A stretch of 64,000 nucleotides of DNA. It comes from Octopus bimaculoides. Taxonomy: Eukaryota. The stretch is from positions 70,644,550 to 70,708,549 of the forward strand of contig NC_068986.1 of the NCBI RefSeq assembly GCF_001194135.2. Direction: 5' to 3'. The notes beneath the pieces are model-generated. The model made no database searches. It was not told the origin of the DNA and worked only from the letters and a program-made list of their open reading frames with translations. The stretch's first letter is position 1; the number at the start of each line of letters is the position of its first letter. Of the stretch, positions 1 through 12,960 are shown piece after piece. A program made the translations under genes and the position numbers.

Positions 1-660
1 GATCCTCACTCATATGCATCACATAACAAAACCAATGCAGCTGTCTCTCTTGCACATTACATCTCATTCCTCTTATACCCCATTCACCTCAACACACCTG
101 TATTTTGTCATCCATGCACACTGACAGTGCACATCCAGCAGAGAATGCTTCCTTCATTTCTGTTCGCAAAGTTTTTGCGAGTCCTTTGCATTAAAGGCCC
201 ATATCTCACTACCATGTAGCATTGTAGTTTGTATACAAGATCTCAGCCATTCTGCCTTTCAAACTGAGATAAAAATCATTTGCTACCAACAGAGGTAATA
301 GCTCCCTCAACCTTCTGCACCCTGTTCTTATTCTACCTACGATACTTTGAGAACATCTACCACTGCTAATTAGGCCACCTACATAACAGAAGCTATCTAC
401 TACCTCTAAGGAACCTAAGGGCATTTGAAAGCATCTATCTCTTACGTGATCTTTGTGTTTATTTCTTGTACACAACAGCCACATAGAAATTCTGCTTTCT
501 CTGTTAACCTGCCTCTGATTCCAGTTTTATATTCTAGCAGCTACAACCCATGGAGCAGCCCTCTTAATCCAAAACCACCTTGTGGCTTTCTCAATAACTT
601 GACTTGCAGACTGAATGGTCCTTTTCTTTTCCACCACTGCAAAGCCTAATCAGTTGAGGA
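1..660 (-). mobile_element. RTE-clade LINE, degenerate RT C-terminal fragment
   Basis: The minus strand gives LEVVDSFCYVGGLISSGRCSQSIVGRIRTGCRRLRELLPLL, homologous to the RTE copy at 12960-15837. Confidence 0.85.
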
Positions 661-904
661 CTTTGCAAAGTGAACATCTGTAAAGCTTCTTCAGTCCACC
701 TCTATAGGTTCATATTGTGTTTTTAAACTTCTGCTCCTGGTAATTTGCATATTTCGTTTCATTGATTTCATAAATATGCTCTTTGCAGTGCACTGTAAAT
801 TAATAACATGATCAGTGGTTTTGTTGCTTCAGAGATGTCTGACAAGAAATTGTTAATTACATATATGCTATTTACTCAAATCAACATGCATATACATAGG
901 TACA

Positions 905-1068
905 GCTGTGGCTGTGTGGTTAAGAGGCTGGTTACTTAACCATGTGCTCTTAGGTTCAATCCCACTGTGACACTTTGGGTCAGTGTCTTCTACAATAGAT
1001 CTGGGCCAACCAAAGCCTTATGAATGGATTTGGTAGGAAGAAATTGGAAGCTCATCATATATACATGC
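905..1068 (+). mobile_element. tRNA-derived SINE, family A (GGCTGTGTGGTAAGAAG... head)
   Basis: It has A/B-box-like head ggctgtgtggttaag...ggttcaatccc and shares its body with copies near 18085, 22825, 31100, 46936, 51075 and 53020. Confidence 0.8.
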
Positions 1069-1154
1069 ATAATGTATGTAAGATGGATGAAAAGCAGAGA
1101 GAAGTCAAAAGGTAGATAGAAGACAGTACAATGGGTTACATGAAATATAGGGTT

Positions 1155-1359
1155 GGCAGAACACACACACACACATATATATATGTGCATATGTGTATAT
1201 ATATATATATTCACACACACAACAAATACCTATATACACAGATATAACTTCATACATAAGTTAATAACACTCAGATAAGTATGTGTGCACACACACACCA
1301 TTATATATACATACATGTATTGCACCCTGACAGACCCACATTCACAACCTATATACACC

Positions 1360-1410
<51 letters not shown>

Positions 1411-1680
1411 CATACATACATATATACACACCATTATTTATACATGTATATGCATATATATATGTTTGTTTATAGATGCATATGTATGTGTATATATAAA
1501 AAAAACTACATTAACACACATTATATAGATAGATCTGACAAATACATATAGATAATATAAATATATATTAATATACTATATACATTCATATATGCATACA
1601 CACATATAAATGCATGTATATAATATGTGCATGCAGTTATTTATGCATATAGCTCCATACACACATCCCTTTACATACAG
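1155..1680. repeat. (CA)n/(TA)n microsatellite-rich low-complexity region
   Basis: Runs of acac/atat are directly visible. Confidence 0.9.
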
Positions 1681-2399
1681 AAATGATAGGGAGGCTTTAG
1701 TTACAATAAAAGATATCTATATATCCTTACATTCTTTAATAGCCAATTACAGTAATGGTGAATCTATATAAAGTATATCTATTTAATTCCGTCCAAAAAA
1801 AACTTATTACATAAGACCACAACGCAATGGTGACAGAACATAATTATGTGTGTACATTGAAAATGTCTCTATGTCATTGAAATAAAGTGACATTAAGAAT
1901 TTCTTTTCCTTTTACCTAAGAGAAATACACTCTTGGAAATATTTTCTTTCAAGTCTTCAAGATCAATCTTGAGTATAAACAGTACTCATCTTAAAACCAG
2001 TCAGAATCGATAACTGCTTTCCTTTAAAAGCATAACTACAATATCCTAAAATGTATCCTGAACAGCTTTTAGTTGTGCACCTTAATATGAAGTAAAAAAT
2101 ATATTTTTATATATAATCTATTTACTAATTGCTGTGTTTTTGCAATTTCGGCAGTAGTTATTTATTCATTCATCTTCGATAGAACTGGTTAGTATCAATA
2201 TTTTATAAAATAACAATAATGAACTTATTGTATGCAATGTTCAAGTGCACTACAACTCATCAGAAAAACTAGCCAAAACTGCAGGAACGGTACAGAGAGT
2301 ATGCACAGAAAGCCAACAGTGAATATAAGTTGTTAAAAAAAGGAGGCAGGGTATCAGTTGTACTGTTGGCAAATTTCAGCAGGCATGGAAGTTTTGAAA

Positions 2400-3060
2400 G
2401 ATGTAGTATCCTGACAGCTACCAAATGATGCGGGTAGTTTTCCGTGCTTCAGTAATTTTGAGTGTGAAAAATTGTTTCGCAAAGTTATGGGTGCTGTGTT
2501 GTTTTTTGATTCTGAAAACATATCCACAGGTGTTTACAAAAAGATGTCCAAGGTGGTTGTTGTTGTTAGAAAGATGGTGAATAATCTTGTGAGTGTCTGC
2601 CAAGTCAGTTGCCAGACATCTAAACTTTAATGTGTCCATGCCCAGGGATGCAATACGTTCAAAGTACTGTAGATGCCAGACGGCTGGTATTCATTTGGTT
2701 GCACGTTTCTGAACAATTTCCAGGAGATTGATATATTGTGCAAGATAGGGGTTCCAGACTGGTGATGCGAACTTTAAATAGATAGCTGGAGAGCAGCTGA
2801 CAAAGGCTTTTCTGAGTGACACTAAAACACCCTCAGTCTTCTTGACCATTTTAGAGATGTGGTTTGTCCAATGCAAATTGTTGTCAACAATAATGCCCAG
2901 GTCATGTTCACTAGCAGACATCCTAGGACTGGTGTTGTAGAGGGAGTATGTAAAAGTCCGGTTTTTCCTCCCAAAATGCATGGTGGCGCACTTGTCCACA
3001 GCCAGCTTCAGTTGCCAGTCAGTAATTTCTGCATTGTGTTGAAGTCTGATTGCAAGAAAG
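2400..3060 (-). mobile_element. CR1/L2-type LINE 3' fragment
   Basis: KCATMHFGRKN...EHDLGIIVDNNLHWTNHISKMVKK...FASPVWNPYLAQYINLLEIVQKRATK is the typical post-RT C-terminus of CR1/L2 ORF2. Confidence 0.85.
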
Positions 3061-3773
3061 ACCTATAGAGCTTAGGATCTGTTCTTTTTATTTCAAAGTT
3101 TGATGTGAGCTGTGTATTTCAACACTAACTTCTTTCACATCCCTGCTAGCACAGTCTAAAAAAACTTCCCAAAGTACTTTTTCATAACTTTCATTATAAA
3201 TTTACGGAGTTATTGCAATTATCACAATAAATCATGATTTTAGTTCTATACAGCATTTTGATAAAAATAAAGAACCAAGACTGTCAACAACAGTATGTAA
3301 AAGTTTTGTATTTTTTCCTAGACATCTAAACTGCCTCTTTTGCAACCTTTCTCCTATTATCAAGTAATGTAAATCAATTACTAAAAGTATATGATTACAA
3401 AAACACAGCTTTTTGTACAGCAGATTGACTGTGAGATAAGGTGGTGAGCATAGTGATTGCAATGTATTGTACTATTACGCCTAACACAGATGAATAAATA
3501 GTGCTTATAATAGGGAAGAGACTGATGTAACTGTAGATGCTCCAACAATTCGAGTTTTTCTAAACCTTGCATGAGCAAAGTGGATAAATACCTGCAAAAT
3601 TTTATATCAACTTTTCTAAATAAGTAGAAGTTGAATATATTTTGAAAACTTGAGCTATCATAATGAATTGTTGGTGGGATTGTTCTACAACTAGACATTC
3701 TTTCTTCCTATTGCCAGCCTCTAAATAATAAAGTAGAACAGATATCTCTATTCAGCAGGGTAGCTGCTTCCAT

Positions 3774-4130
3774 TTATTGCCTCCGCCTTAGCAAAGGTAT
3801 TGTTTTCAGTCGTGTTTGTTTGTTTGTCCATTGACAAGGTATCTCAAGAACTGCTGGATGGATTTGGATGAAACTTTCAGAGATGTTTGGCCTTGTGACT
3901 GGCACAAACAGATTAGATTTTGGGATCAATCCGGTAATAGACAAGGATTCTAGATTATTTTTCCTGTTTTTTTTTTTTAATTTTTGAGAGCGGTCAGGTT
4001 CATTTTTAGTATTCTCGTTTGTGAGAGCAGTCGAGTTTATTTCAGATATTCTCATTTTAAAAATCATCTCTGGCTAATCGTTGAGAGGACGTTGGTGTTG
4101 TCTTGGTGAAGGTTTGCGCTCTGAGTGCTC
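3774..4130 (+). mobile_element. Non-autonomous HINE/DINE-1-like (Helentron-associated) element
   Basis: It has a 5' cctccgcc and a degenerate 3' complement, an internal (GTTT)n microsatellite and a 3' short hairpin. The same family recurs at 23549-23730 and 24330-24525. The superfamily assignment is an inference. Confidence 0.6.
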
Positions 4131-7100
4131 GTTTCATTTGCTTTTATTTTTTTTGTTAATAACTTAATTACAATATTGTTAAATTTCATAATGCATTATC
4201 TTATAACCTCATAACACTTTCTTTTATTATCAATATAGTCTTTCATTAAAATTTAAATACAAAACATGTAAGGTAATTAAACTATGCAATATTTCAGATT
4301 AAAATTCAAGAATTTGACCTAACATTTAAATACACTGAGAGTCAATCTATCGTAAAAATAAAATCTCGCAAAATGATGTTTAGGTTATGACACCAACTAC
4401 CAAAATATGATAGATTAGCACAACGACTGCTACACTTAACTGCAACTTGAGTTTTGTAATATTAGTCGAAACTAATTTAGCATCAAATGATATCAGATTT
4501 TTTTCTTAACAATTATAAGAATTTAAGGAATAAGCATTTCTCGTGTACACATTAATTTATACAATTTTTCTTTCACAGATATCTATGAAATGCAGCCTCC
4601 CTATCACTTAATTACAATTTCAAAACTTTTACCTTGTGTGTATTTATCAAAGTTACTTTTAAGAACATTTAAAAAACAGTACATACTAAATTTAAACAAG
4701 AATGTAATATTATTACATGCAGAAATTGAAGACAATGACAAAAAGTGGCAAAGTTGCCATGACATACTGAAAACCATGGGACCAATGGCAGACAGACGCT
4801 TGGAAGCCATGATCAGGGCGGTGGGATTGGCGGCTCCACCACCTCATGGACAGATGAATATGTTCACAATGGACATGGTCACATGGTAATGGTCAGGTAA
4901 GCATGGTCAGGAATTGGAACTGGCAAGGGAGACCATGGGAACATGGTTAATACCAAAGGCGAAACAGGCCTGGCTATCGGATCATGCTCGGTCTCAAACC
5001 GGATCAGGCTTTTCTGCGGCATTTGGCTAGTCTGCTAGTTTACCACAAATGAAATGTATTAAATGCACATGCAAAAACTATTTTAAAAACAACCTTAAAA
5101 CAGTCACTAGAATTACAATATGTTTATAACATCAAATTGTAAGAAGAGGCGGGCACAAATGAGGAAATAATGTACTAGTTTACTAATAAAAATTTATTAA
5201 AAACAAATAAAAAGGAAATCAAGACATTTTTACTTTTAAAAATGTCATTATTAGATATTGCTTTAATCTTATATTCTTTCAACTAATTCATTATGCTAAA
5301 GATGCAATTAAAATCAATGTAATTGAACTCATTATGATTGAAAATTTTCAAAAATGGTTTAATGTGAAAACTAACAATATTTTTATCTTAGATATTATTT
5401 TTATCTTACATATTTATGAAAGGGTGGTTTGAACTTAAAATCATAATTTCATCATCATTAAAAACTTATAAATATGTATATTATATAAAAATAAAAAGAA
5501 ATAAACATAAAACAAATGATAAAGTTCATTTTAACTGCAATAACAGTCTGTTACTAATATATCATAGTTCAAGAGAGTACAATCTAAAATTATTTTTCTT
5601 TTAAAAAGTTTAATACTATATTAATAAGTAAACAACTATCTTGTAAAAAGGTAGTCAAACCTAAGAAGCATAGTACAACAATGAAACAAGAAATTAGAGA
5701 TGGCTTTCTTTCAAGAAAATCATTCTAAAATTTTTACACCTGAAAATAAAAAATATTTCATTAAAATAGTCCTACAAGAACATAATTTGGGCTAGTGACT
5801 AAATCTGTCTACAGTATTTATTAAATTGAAATGAATTTGTGAAATTATTACACAAATGAAAACAATATCTACAAATTATTAAAAGCTGAAGTACAACTTT
5901 ATTTTTTCATTAGTGAAACTATATTAAAATTAACCCACAGAATATCAAGTTAGCTGGTTACCATTCTGCACCATTTAGTTTACAAATAGATAGAAGTTGT
6001 ATCTCACACTTAATGTTTTCTTTTTTGCTTTGTTTTGGGTTGTCTTTACCTTCCCTCTGGAGTTGGCAGGTAAAATGAAAAAGCAGAAACTTCAGATTTA
6101 TGTGCCCTAATTACCTTGCTAAATGCCATCCAGACTACACAACAGACCCTGCTTCACAACACTATCTAACAGAAATAGTCTGTGAGAGAATAAAGATTAT
6201 ACTATAATTAAATCAGAGGTGAAAAGCAGCACCCATGACCCTTTTCAGGGCAGATGAGATTTGTAAGAGGAGGTTAGTCTCAGACCAGAGAGCTGGCCTA
6301 TAATTAACCAATAGTTACTGTAATTATCCACTTCTAATAAATGAATAGATCTTTGACAGGTATACAATATAAATTCCATAGAACTTTCAATAAATGGAGA
6401 GTAATCATTAATAGCTTGTAAATAATTATTTGCTATTTTTGTACAATTTCTGACCCAAGCTAATGAAAACTTGTCTTCATAGAAAACTTGTCTGATATAA
6501 AATCAAACAATTGGGGAAAATAATGTAATATTCTATTAAGATCCAAAATTATATATAGGAGTGTAAAGGTAGGGTTTAATATCTAAAATTTTACCATTAA
6601 ACATTATTGTAAATAACCATAATGCTTCCTTTCATAAAATACTAAAATTCTTTCAATGCACAGAGTTAAACAGCCAGCTGCTATAGTTATTTTCTTAAAA
6701 ACTCCACACCAAATTAGTATTACTATAATTGGTTTTTATAATTATATCATTAAGTTGTCAATTTTCCACAAGGACTTTTACTTAAAGATTACAAGTTAAA
6801 TTCCATTATTTGTTTCCAGTTTAAGCTGTTTCACATAAATATGAGAAATCTTTCTGGCTAATCATTTTCTTAGCAAAAGAGCAATTTTGTCTTCCATTTT
6901 ACATTGATAGTTTCATGTAAAAAGTTCCCTGTAAGTATGTTATATTCTAAATTATTCTTAAAGTAGATTTTTAAAAACTGATTTTTGAAACCAACAGTTC
7001 AGCTATGAAGTTGCAGGGGCAGACTGAAAAGCAAGTCAGGTAGTTTGTCTGTGCAAGTAGAAACGTTTAACTTCTATACTTAAATAAATAACATAGGATA

Positions 7101-10100
7101 TATATTTTTTTTCCTCAATAAATAGTAAATAAACAGATTTATTACAAAAATTTTATTTCAAGGACACATTTAAAATTTTTTTTTTTTGATTAAATCTTAA
7201 AAGACGGATTTTTTTATTTCCATTTTTCTTTTCAAAACTTACATATTTATTTGGGTATCAATGGTTTCAAAATTATAATCTACAAAATCCTCTGAGACTA
7301 AAAAGTGGATAATATCAGTTATATTTTTCAGTAAATATTGTACAAAATTTAGATCTTCACAGATAATCATTCACATATATTTATATGTATATGTATTTGC
7401 ATGTGCATTTGTAGATAACTATAAAAATTAAATCCAAAGTAGTTTCATGTAGACATCCACACAGACTCTAGCAATATTAAATGGATGTGAAGCAGAGATA
7501 TAGAAAGACCTGGTAGATAGGTGCTGGTCATGTGATGTATGACAAGCTAGATGCATTGTTGGCAACACAGCCAAACTTTTGGTTGATCAGTTATGATATC
7601 CATTAGAGCCAGAAAGGAAGACATTGGATCTAATCTTCAATTTAGGTTTACAAAATTTCTCCACCAAACATATATATATAATCATTTTGAAAACATCTAT
7701 GACCTAGTTTACTGAATACAAAACAACCAAGCAAGAGGCTGGTGCTTTATATGTTACTGGTGCTGTGTTGTTTCCATGGTCAATGCACTTCAACTCACAA
7801 TGTCAGAGCACACCTAGCTCTAAAGAGGTCCTGAAGAGTTGTGTACTTCATCACTACAAGAAGCAGCTCCACTGAAAAATTAACAAATGATTCATTGACT
7901 TGCAGTTTTGAATTTAATTCTTCCACAGGAAAAGTTACCTGCAATAAACTGGCATCCTATTTAGTGGGAGGTTTGAACAGATGAGAAATAAGTACCAGAC
8001 TGGTAACCCACGAAGAAACACATTCATTTCAACATGTTTTTTTCAATGCTCATATGGTTAAACCAGACATATCTATTTAACATTTGTCACTATAACATTT
8101 AGAGTACTTGAACATGCACAAACGAGGCAGAATATGGGGGTTGTGGCTCTGCAAACATCATATCCTTTATCACATCAATTTAATCTTACCCACTCTCTTT
8201 CTCTCACACATACCTTCCCAATAATTATATGCACAGAAATAAATTTGACATGAGCACTATAAGCACCAGCAATAAGAAAACTAGGTGTGGACCAAATTCA
8301 CAAATTTTCAAAACAATGTGAATTGTTCTTTAGTTATAATGGAAATTCCTATTTAAATGCTATCATTCTCTGTAAATCATGCATCAAGCTTATATTATGA
8401 AGGTAATATTCATAAATATCAGAGAATTTTGAAGAACACACATTTATGTAAAAATATTTCATTATCTTTATTATATATTTCTAAATTTATATAGACTCTG
8501 TATACAAATGCATGAGTTCCATATAATTAAACATGCTTGGTTCATATGTAGTGTGTATGTATTTTACAAAACAACACACTTCTCGAATTTGGAAAGATGA
8601 TTTAACTTACATCTAAAACAGAATTTGAAGACTGTATACATGTTCTTCAACATTACAATAATCATAACCTCATAAAGTCAGATATATCATGAAACAAATA
8701 TACCAACATCACTTAGAAACTCTTAAAAATATTGCTGAATAACACTGTAATTCACTGCTTGATTGAGTCAATTACATTGGTAAATGTTATTTAAAATGTA
8801 AATGAACTGTATACTTGAGCTTCACACATCCAGCAATATTTATATAATTGACTAATAAAGCCTACAGCACTAATGGGATACACCAAATTCTTATCAAGGG
8901 ATGAGTTTTAATGCTTGGTTCACACATGAAAGAATCACACCCACCAATAGGGGAGAATTTTTTTGTTAGTGAATAAACTACTAAAATTAAAATGGACTGC
9001 AATAATAAATCATTCTCAGTTTTATGAATAAATTATAGATATAGTTACATTAGTTGCATATCAGAAAAACTATACACCACTACATTGAGAGAAAGAGTGT
9101 ATGTTTGTGTGTGTTTGTAGATGTGTGTGTGTGTGTGGCAACAAATAGGTTTGCTGAAACAGAGTACTGAAATTTCAGATCTGAAGTGCTTCCTCACATA
9201 CAGTTAATATTTGCTGAAGAAAGAATTTCACATATTAGTTCTCAAGCTTTTCACTACTTTAGTTGTCATTTCTGAGAGTGAAAAACACCACTGAAGTAGA
9301 CTATAAATTTACCTACCTCCATGGAATTTGCCAACTCAATGAAAACTGCAGCTACATTAGACAGGTGTCCATGCCCTTATATTGATGCCTAATCATTCCC
9401 TTGGAGAGTGGAAGAATATATGCGGATTTCTTCAAACATAATAGAAATAAGATAGAAAACACTAAACACTACATAAGATAACACAAAAACTACATACTGG
9501 TCCCTTATTCTCTAAACATCTCTTAAATCAATTGATTTTTATCTGGCTCTATCCACAAAAGAGCAACCAGTAGAAGAACTATATTGTAATAATAAAATAT
9601 ATGTTATTATATCAAACTGTGTAAATAAAGCTAAATATATATTTTTTTTAAATAAAAAGTACCATAATCTATCTGATCTTATTCTATAAAAAAAATTTCT
9701 ACATAATTCAGAGAGTATTAAATTATAACAGTTCTTAAGAAGTTACATTTCAAACTGACACAAAACAGATTTATTTTCTTGAATATTTTAAGGTTTTGAA
9801 TATTTATAGCAATTCTTTTTTTCAGATGCAATAAAAAAAAAAAATGAACCTACGGTGTCAAAATTGCAATAAGCTTTAAACTAACCCTTCTATGCAGGTC
9901 ATGGACATTGGTGTTGCTGTTTTCGTTGAGCAAGTAGCCGTTATTGAAATGTTTTCAAACTAAAACAAAAATCTCAGGAGTCAATTAATATTTGATATAA
10001 AGAAAGAACTTATTTACATAACCACAATCCAAAATCTTTAATAATTTTGGGTCATTTTTTTTTCTATTACTTTTCTTTACTTCATTTAAAAGATTAAAGT

Positions 10101-10219
10101 ATTATTAAATAGAATGTAATTAATATTACATTAAAACATTACGTTAAAAAAAAACCTTCAAAACAGTTTTACAAGTAAAACATAAATATTATTCAGTAAG
10201 ACATTCCTAGAAAACATAC

Positions 10220-10260
10220 CTCGGCATCTCGGCGGTCTTCATAGTCAACAAAAGCATAAG
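10220..10260 (-). CDS. SR-type splicing factor, coding exon 3 (RNP1 region)
   Basis: The reverse strand reads tatatttcag|CT TAT GCT TTT GTT GAC TAT GAA GAC CGC CGA GAT GCC GAG|gtatgt = (A)YAFVDYEDRRDAE. This is an RNP1-like motif plus the DAE helix motif typical of SR RRMs (41 nt, ends in phase 0). Confidence 0.9.
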
Positions 10261-12058
10261 CTGAAATATAGTACAAAACAAAAAGTAAATTTGTTTCTTA
10301 AAAACATCAGAGAGCATAACTGTCCATTGACCAATATTTATAATTAGAATGACACAATTACGAATATCTCAAAAGTATATTTTGTTGAGGTTTTTTTTAT
10401 ACACAATATAAAAGAGTATACATAAAATACTACTATTCTTTACACTTATGTGTGTTTGCATTTGAATCCACTTCCATTATATCTAGCTGTTTTTGATAAA
10501 TTTGACAGAAGAGTGACACTTTTGGAATATATATATACACCTGATTCCAAATTTCTTCATTACCCAAAACATAATTTTGCTATAATGATAATATTTTAAG
10601 TGCAACTGACTTCTTCAGCTGATTGACTGAATATCTATTTTCCAGGTGGTCACAAAATTTATTATTCTCTTCAGTTGCAGTACAGGCAAAGTTAGCTTTA
10701 TTCCAGGGCTCAACCAAATAACATGGTCTAAATATTGTAACCTCACTTTCCTTGTTTTGGCTTCACAAATATTCATATCTGAAAATGTAGCACATTTCTG
10801 GCAAACACTATTTACTATTGCAATGGAAACATATTTGGTGATTCTGCAACATGTTAAATCAGTAATTGGATACAAATTGTTACTCTTCTCTTTATATGTA
10901 TCATGCCTGCAAATGCCAGCAATTATGGATTTCCATACCAAAGTCTGGAGATTCGTGATTTTTCTCAGGTTAGATACAGCAGTGGTTTCCTACTACCCTC
11001 TGCTGGCTTATTAACAGTTTACTCTACTAGTCCCCCGCTCTCGAGATTAGCTATGGGGCACAGGGCCTATTTAACATTTCAGCAGAGAGACTGGTTCATA
11101 TAAGGGCATGTCCACTCACTAGTGAGCCTGTATAACACATCTAGGGACCAGTACTCTTCTGAGTCCTGTATATCTTAACAAGACCATTCATCTGCTATTT
11201 AATTTACAGTTGGGGCCCTTGACAGGCACTGCCACTCAAGCCAGGGCAGTTTTGAGTATAGTGGTGACCATACACTCCTGAACAGAAGTCTCACCACCAG
11301 ATGCAGCTTAATGCTTCATCCAGGACATAGAGGTCAGTATAGAAAACATGAAAATGATAACTCAAATCTCATATATGCCTAGACAAAATTTTATAGGCAA
11401 AATGCAGCAAATATAATAAAGAACATTAGGAACCTGCACAGAATTACCAGTTACTGAAGCACAAATGAACCCCTTTGGAAACATCAATGTTTCATGACCT
11501 CAGTATTCAAATGTACATAACACTAGAAATATATCAGTAAATGAGGAAAAACATAAGTCCTTTATACAATAAGACCCCTCCTTAACATTGAACAAAGGAC
11601 ATTTAAGCTATATTACCAAGCAGGAGAAAAACTGATCATTAACAAAGAGATGGAAGGATATAAAGGTCAGACATATTCCCAGAAATATGTATCAGGCAAA
11701 CCCAAAAAATAGAGTGTGATGGTGTGAAAGATTTGTGAAATGAGCAGTGGAACTGTTATGATTTTAATTTTCATATGAGAATAAAAGACAGTGATGTCAG
11801 TTAGCATGGCTTGGGGTGTGATGTAGTCTGGAAATTATCACTGTCATAGCATAAATAAAGCCATGTGTTATTTTTTAAGCAGTATTTCAGTTCAGTTAGT
11901 TCCACAATAAACTTAGAGCTGTGACAATATACAGAATTTTTACAATAGTTAAAAATCAAACATGTAAAAGACAATGTATAAAATTTTAAAAAAAAAGCAA
12001 AATTAAAAACGTTTATGTTGCAAGATTCCTGATGTGAAACCATGTGTTAAAATAGATA

Positions 12059-12435
12059 TTGCTGTATCTCAGGATGGTCATTTTTTTTTTCCCAAATAAA
12101 CACGCGCACTATATATATGTTCTTCACTCGTTTATTACTGTTCTTATTTTAACTCGTGTCCATTGTCCAGAAATCTTTCGTCACACATCTGTGACCTCTT
12201 CAGTGACACTTTCTGTCTTCATGTGCGTTCCTGCTCCACTTAGTCACTTCTAAGCAGAGTAGGAGCACACATGAGGATGGAAACTGTCGCTGAAGAGGTC
12301 ACAAATGTGTGATGAAAGATTTCTGGACAATGGACATGAGTTAAAATAAGAACAGTAATAAACAAGTGAAAAACAAATATGTAGCGCATGTGTTTATTTG
12401 GAAAAAAAAAAAATTACCATCCTGAAATACAACAA
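12059..12435. mobile_element. Palindromic (foldback) MITE-like element
   Basis: The left half (ttgctgtatctcaggatggtca...) is the reverse complement of the right half (...taccatcctgaaatacaacaa). The centre is cttag-tcactt-ctaag at about 12239-12254. Confidence 0.85.
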
Positions 12436-12546
12436 AATTAAAAAGAAAAAGTGAAATAATCCTATGACAGAAATGAAATCTCTCACAACTTCACAGAGAG
12501 ACAAGCAAAATTCATTTTCAATCTATTTCTGCTCAACCACATAGAG

Positions 12547-12960
12547 ATGAAAAGGGCAAACTGTTTGCAACTATCAATTACAAAAGCTACTTCTAGATAC
12601 AGTTATCCTCATCTGTACACATCAAATGTCTGTACCAACACAATCTTCTCTCTTGCATACTACATCAGATTCCTCTTATACCCAATTTCTCTCTCAGCAC
12701 ATTGTACTAATGTCTTTCATGCACACTTAGATTTTATATTTAAAGCAGCATGCTTGCTTCATTTATTTCTAGTTTTCTCAAGTTCTCCAGGCCCATGTCC
12801 AACTATCTAGACTTTTAAATTCTAAGTTTAGCTTCCATATCTGGAATTTCCTCAATAGATTCAGCTATGACAACTATACCATCAGCATGTAGGACTTCCC
12901 ATAGACAACTAGTTTTAAAATCCTGTTTATAGCCTGAAGGACTATAATGAATAAGAGATG
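12547..12960 (-). mobile_element. RTE LINE degenerate fragment
   Basis: Homologous to the RT C-terminal/3' region of the adjacent RTE (e.g. tacatcagattcctcttataccc, also seen near position 60). Confidence 0.6.

Noticed and set aside
4590-4889. Plus-strand 99-aa ORF over the GC-rich island
   Set aside because: No recognisable domain. It is antisense to the SR gene, starts in AT-rich sequence and has a weak acceptor. It is kept only as an alternative in the poison-exon finding.
6115-6165. 51-nt exon-like segment on the minus strand with AG/GT ends
   Set aside because: Splice-site match only, with no distinctive composition. Such matches are common by chance in AT-rich introns.
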